Shown in pieces: positions 1 to 64,000 of a DNA stretch of 64,000 nucleotides. The position numbers and the translations under genes were made by a program. A model generated the notes under the pieces. The model was not told the origin of the DNA. It did not search any database and saw only the letters and a program-made list of their open reading frames with translations. Within the stretch, counting starts at the first letter, position 1. Every line of letters begins with the position of its first letter. Source of the DNA: Octopus vulgaris (taxonomy: Eukaryota). The DNA lies in the NCBI GenBank assembly GCA_951406725.2, contig OX597823.1:39866001-39930000 (forward strand), given 5' to 3'.

Positions 1-1010
1 TAGCTGGACATGTTTTCACAAATACACAACTTATATAACAATGACACTCATTTACAACTATTGCATGATACCAAGACAAGACACAAACACACAAACACGC
101 ACACACATACACACATGTATGACAGGCTTCTTTCAGTTTCCATCTACCAAATTCACTCACAAGGCTTTAGTTGGCCTAGCACTATAGTAGAAGTGCCATG
201 CAGTGGGACTGAACCTGGAACCATGTAACTGGGAACCAAACTTCTCAATCATACAGCCACACTTGCAACTATGATAGTTTTATAAAGAATTTTTGGATCA
301 GTATTGGCCTTGAAGAAGATCGTCATAAATAATCTTTTATCAGAATTTATTAAAAATTTGATGCATTTTAGCATCCTGTGACCACCCAGAAGTTCAGATT
401 AAATCAAACAGCACTTACTAAAGAAAATTAATTAATATATTTATTTAATAACAAATTAGTAAGAAAAAATGTTAAATGTTAAAGTTAAGTAAATCAGAAA
501 TTAGGTTAAATTCCACAATTATTTAATGATTTTGTGGTTATCAGTAGGAAAACAATAAAACATGACACCAGAAATATGCAAATTAAAAATCTGCCATAAA
601 TAAAAAAATAAAAAAGAAAAACAGAAAAAGAAACTCAAAAGCAAAGTCTATCAATTTTGGTAAAGTGAATAGATGGAAAAAAATGCTGTAAAGTTCCACT
701 ACTCTTTTAAAATCAAAAGGCTTCTAAAGCCATTGAGGGCAATGAAAAAAATTTTGATGCAACCATTTACTGATAAAAAAAGGGTAAAGATATATTGCAT
801 TATGTTCCAGATACAACTATGTCTGAAATAAAAAATATAAACAAACACATGTATGCACAATGGGCCTTTTTAAAATTTCCATTTACCAAATCCACTCACA
901 AGGCTTTGGTTGGCCTGAGGCACTTGCCCAATGTGACATGCAGTGGGACTGAACCTAGAATCATGTAGTTGTAAAGCAAGCTTTTTAGAACACAGCCTTG
1001 TCTGTGCCTA

Positions 1011-1094
<84 letters not shown>

Positions 1095-1705
1095 CACATG
1101 CATACATACATACATATCTTTGAGGCCTTTGGCCCCACTACTGGGCTGATCTGCAGCCCTCTATCCTTGTGTAAAGTAATGGACTCAGACACATTCATTG
1201 TATATGTATTAATTATCCGATATTCCATTCCAAACTCCCTACCTGACATATATCCATACACCCATACCCATACACTCAGTATCTATACTTCACTCTCACC
1301 CATACCTAAACCCCATGTCCCATTAACTTGTTGTTCATTCAACATGTAGTGTGAATTCCATCTCTGTAACAGTGTGTCAGTGTATCAACCTTTGGACCAC
1401 TTTCTGCCAACTTTGCCGATAGACATACAGCTAGTTTATAGTTTGACTTACAACTTCCTATAAGACTTACAGCTAAGTTTCTAGCCTTGAAGCCGCCCTT
1501 CAGGCAGCATTCAGGCTAGCTCCTGTGGAGGGCTTTTGAGAATTTTGTATGGTATTCAGGTAGAAAAAACTCTAAAACTCCAATATGTAACCTGAACAGT
1601 AAGACTAGCTTCCACCTAGACATAAGTTTCATAAACAACAAAATATAAATACCCACAGTACCGCACTTGAAACGTACCTATTATAACTCTATCTTGATTT
1701 GAATG

Positions 1706-2945
1706 TACATGAAGGTATTTAAAATGTCCAAACTTATTTCTGCAAATGTGCTAAGCACTGATGTTTTCCACTGTTCAAAGCATTCCTAGAACTTTTGCAA
1801 AGTGATGCCTTTTAACGCCTCTGTCATTTTTTCTTTACCTCTTCCACCTCTGCAAAACGTTTTCCTTTTAGGACTTTTTTCATTTAGAGGAACAAAAAAA
1901 GTTGCAGGGTGCAAGACTGGGTAAATAGGGAGGATGAGTAAACGGGGTCATGCCATTTTTGGTCAAAAACTGTCTCACACTCAAGGCAGAGTGTGAAGGT
2001 ACATTGTTGTGATGAAACCATCACTCTCCACTTGGCCACTAGTCAGGGCGTTTTTGTCTCACCCTGTCTTGCAGACACTTCAGAACTGCCAAGTAAAATG
2101 CCTGGTTAACAGTTCGACCAGGAGGAACAAATACTGTGTGAACACTTCCTTTTGCATCAATAAAACAAATTAGCATCGTCATGACTTAGGACTTCACTTG
2201 ATGCACTTTTGGTGGTGGGAGGTGTAGTGACATTGAATGGTTCCATTGACTTGATTGCTGCTTTGTTTCTGGATCATAGTTGTAGCCCCAGCCTTTGTCA
2301 CCAGTGATGACTTTTGCAAAAAGGTCCAGATCAACTTCCAAATGTTCTTTCAGTTCATTACATGCATTCAGTCATGACTGCTTTTGATCTTTCATGAGCA
2401 AGTGAGGCATAAATTTTGCTACAACTCTTTTCATTTGCAATTCCTCACTCAAAATTCATTGGGAGAAGCTCCAGAATACACCAGTCATACCAACAAGTTT
2501 TTCAATTGTTCGTCAATGGTCCTCCAAGTTTATGAACTTTTGTGATATTTTCATTTGTATGGGAGGTCGACAGTTGCTCTGAATGAGGTTGGTTTTCAAG
2601 CGACAAGTGACCATTCCTAAAGTGTGGAAACCACTCATAAACTTGTGTTTTGCTCATGGCAGTGTCCCTGTAAGCTGTTTGAAGCATGGGAACTGTTTTG
2701 GTCACTGTTTTCCTCAGCAGAAAACAGAATTTCACAGAAGTATGTTGTTCCTTTGTTTCAGCCATTGCAAAAATTGGTGAACAGGGGAGAAGTACTGCAA
2801 AGCAAAAACAACCTCACATGAAGGTGGCGGTCAGCAGACTGATGCCTGAGGGTCGCATCAAGTGGCTTCTAATGGCAGAAACCTGAACTACAATGGGCTT
2901 ATCCCACAGAATGTTGCCGGTTACTTTTGGGCACCCCCTCGTATA
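1706..2945 (-). mobile_element. Degraded near-full-length mariner transposon
   Basis: ORF 2502-2765 is a mariner HTH N-terminus (KFCFLLRKT...VYEWF); HPPYLPSLAPCNFFLF near 1900 resembles YSPDLAP(C)D; TA-CGAGGGGGTGCCCAAAAG terminus at about 2945; left end approximate. Confidence 0.88.
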
Positions 2946-3425
2946 TATATAATTATCATTTCACAGCCACGCCCACTTTCCATGCTGGTCAGAATTTGAG
3001 AGAATCCATTGGGTTAGAGGACCATGTATTGTTACGATGTCTCAGTTTTAGGATGCATGATTTCTATGGCTGAAGGCCCTTCATAACGCCAATCACTTTA
3101 CAGAGTGGAACTAGCACTAGTGAGGTCACATTGTTACTGACAAGACTAAAATGCATCCTTGATTGAATAGACTGATGCCAAGACATTTGATAAATTGGAT
3201 GATATATGTCTAAGAAACTTCAACTAATACACTGAGTCAAACTTGTCGAATTATGAGTGCTGATGCCATGTAAAAGAACAACCAGTACACTCTATGGAGT
3301 GGTTGGCATTAGGAAGGGCATCCAACTGTAGAAACCAAGCCAAAACAGACTATGGAACCTGGTGTAGCCCTTGGCCTTGCCAGTTTCTCTCATTCAATCC
3401 ATGTCAGCATGGTAAATGGACATTA

Positions 3426-3469
<44 letters not shown>

Positions 3470-3804
3470 CGACGATGACAACAACGACGATGCACACATA
3501 CCAACAAACCAACAAAACATCAAACAAACAAGCAAGCACACATGCACTCACATTTGTTTGTAAAAGTAACTGTTTGCAACACATTGGGGGAAACTGGTGT
3601 CACTTACATATTCAAGAAATAAGTGGAATTCCATGTTTGAAGAACGTACAATTATGTCAATTTTTAAAAAATGTACAAGACAGAAAAATTCAAAACAAGA
3701 CAACTTTCAGTAATCCAAAAACTGCATCAAAGAATTCTCCTGGCATCATGCCAAAACCTTATGCAATGTGCTTATTTACATGAATATAGTTTATATATAA
3801 ATAC

Positions 3805-62675
<58,871 letters not shown>

Positions 62676-62994
62676 CTGGATTATAAAACAGAAACGGAGA
62701 AAGGTTAAAGTAAAAAAAGATTGGATAAATAAAAAACATCATGGTATATAAGCACAATAATTATTTGAACCAAAACAATATATTTTTCCTTCTATTTCTT
62801 TGGGGTTTTTTTTTGGCAGGTGGTGGGGGTCAAATGTATGGTTTCTAGTTTTCAAAGTAAAATAACAAACAATATATTTTTCTTCATTTAAAATTCAATT
62901 GCTGATGAAATGAGGATATTTATAATATCAAGTTATAATAAGTCCATTATGAAAACATTGGTATAATACTTATTTAAATAAATCCTTTTAATCT

Positions 62995-63028
<34 letters not shown>

Positions 63029-63230
63029 TGTATGTATATATGATATAAATAATATATAAATATATGCATATATACATATACATATATTTATATATTATTT
63101 ATATTATTATAGGATCGAATGCCACGCATCCTTTTCCAAGTATATATATATATTTGGAAATGTGACCGTGTGTGTACCGTTGGCAATTTTTTTCCCTCCG
63201 TCTTCCCTTCTCTGGATTTTTCCTTTTCCT

Positions 63231-63270
63231 ATGTTTCTGACGAAGAGCTCCGCTCAAAACGCAAAACCAT
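63231..63270 (+). ncRNA. Minimal hammerhead ribozyme relic in a short Penelope-derived element (about 63160-63378)
   Basis: gttt-CTGACGA-agagc-tcc-gctc-AAAAc-GCA-aaac; GAAA and the cleavage triplet are each one transition from canonical. Confidence 0.55.
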
Positions 63271-64000
63271 CCTTCTTCCCTTCCTTCCTTCCTGAGTGTC
63301 CAATAATACTATATTTGTTCCACGTCCTCGCGTTGTAGTGTGTTTTCTCTTAGTGTTTTCATGTTTGGATTAACTATATATATATATATATTGTTTTCAT
63401 ATTTGGTTTGTATGATTCTTGATAAAAGAAACTCATGTATTGCAACAGGTTTTGTTGTACCTTGGGTGGGTCATTATGCCAATTATAAACACACACTAGT
63501 TCAATTTTACTTTTTTATTATTATTTGTCAATTGAAGGCAGTGAATTGGCAGAATCATTAGCATACTGGACAAAATGCTGCTATGCATTTTGTCGATCTT
63601 CAAATCCTGCCAAGGTCAACTTTGCCTTTCATCTTTTTGGGGTTGAAAGAATAAGTACCATTTGTGCACTGGGGTTGATGTAATCAACAAGCCACCTCCC
63701 ATCACCAAATTTTGAGCCTTGTGCTGTAGTATGAAGGATTACTATTTGTCAGTTCACAATGTAACCAACTAACTAAAAGACAGTTTGCTTAATCATCCAA
63801 TTAACCAATCAATCAGACATATTTGACACAGTCCTATTATCATCTTTCACAACTCTCTGCTCTAGGTCAGTTTCGAAGTTAATTAGTTGGTTAAATAATG
63901 AATGACCATGGGATTGCACCAAGAAAGTTCCCAGTTGTTTATGGAAGGCCAGCTGTCGCCCACTCATACCAGCCTCCCCTCTCTACGCTACTGATGTCAT

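Noticed and set aside
1490-1600. Possible next EGFR exon after exon W (cag acceptor near 1592)
   Set aside because: The required phase hits TAG after five codons and shows no tyrosine docking motifs; no further exon was found in 1-3800.

Overview
AT-rich, repeat-dense animal genomic DNA. The SINE/LINE repertoire suggests a coleoid cephalopod (octopus); that assignment is an inference. The whole window lies inside one minus-strand gene, an epidermal growth factor receptor (EGFR/ErbB). I reconstructed 23 consecutive GT-AG exons by hand (62675 to 3805, 3354 nt, about 1118 codons, all phases compatible, no stops). They cover the end of L1, Cys-rich domain II, L2, an extended five-repeat Cys-rich domain IV/V, the TM helix, an intact tyrosine kinase and part of the C-tail. 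The first exons lie beyond base 64000 and the last exon(s) probably before base 1. Introns contain Tc1/mariner elements, TTAA MITEs, Helitrons, a Gypsy LTR remnant, CR1, RTE and R4/Dong-like LINE fragments, a Penelope element, several tRNA-derived SINE families and long microsatellites. I found no new multi-gene system. The best leads are: (i) a Penelope 3' module joining a tRNA-like Pol III head to a hammerhead ribozyme relic, plus three more minimal hammerhead relics; (ii) a near-identical inverted SINE pair bracketing the two exons before the TM exon; (iii) three R4/Dong-like LINE fragments stacked in (TAA)n; (iv) receptor oddities: an unpaired Cys, lost tether residues, a hinge Pro and a Gly-free TM helix. 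Exon boundaries were read base by base; most repeat boundaries are approximate. Comparisons with human EGFR are from memory.
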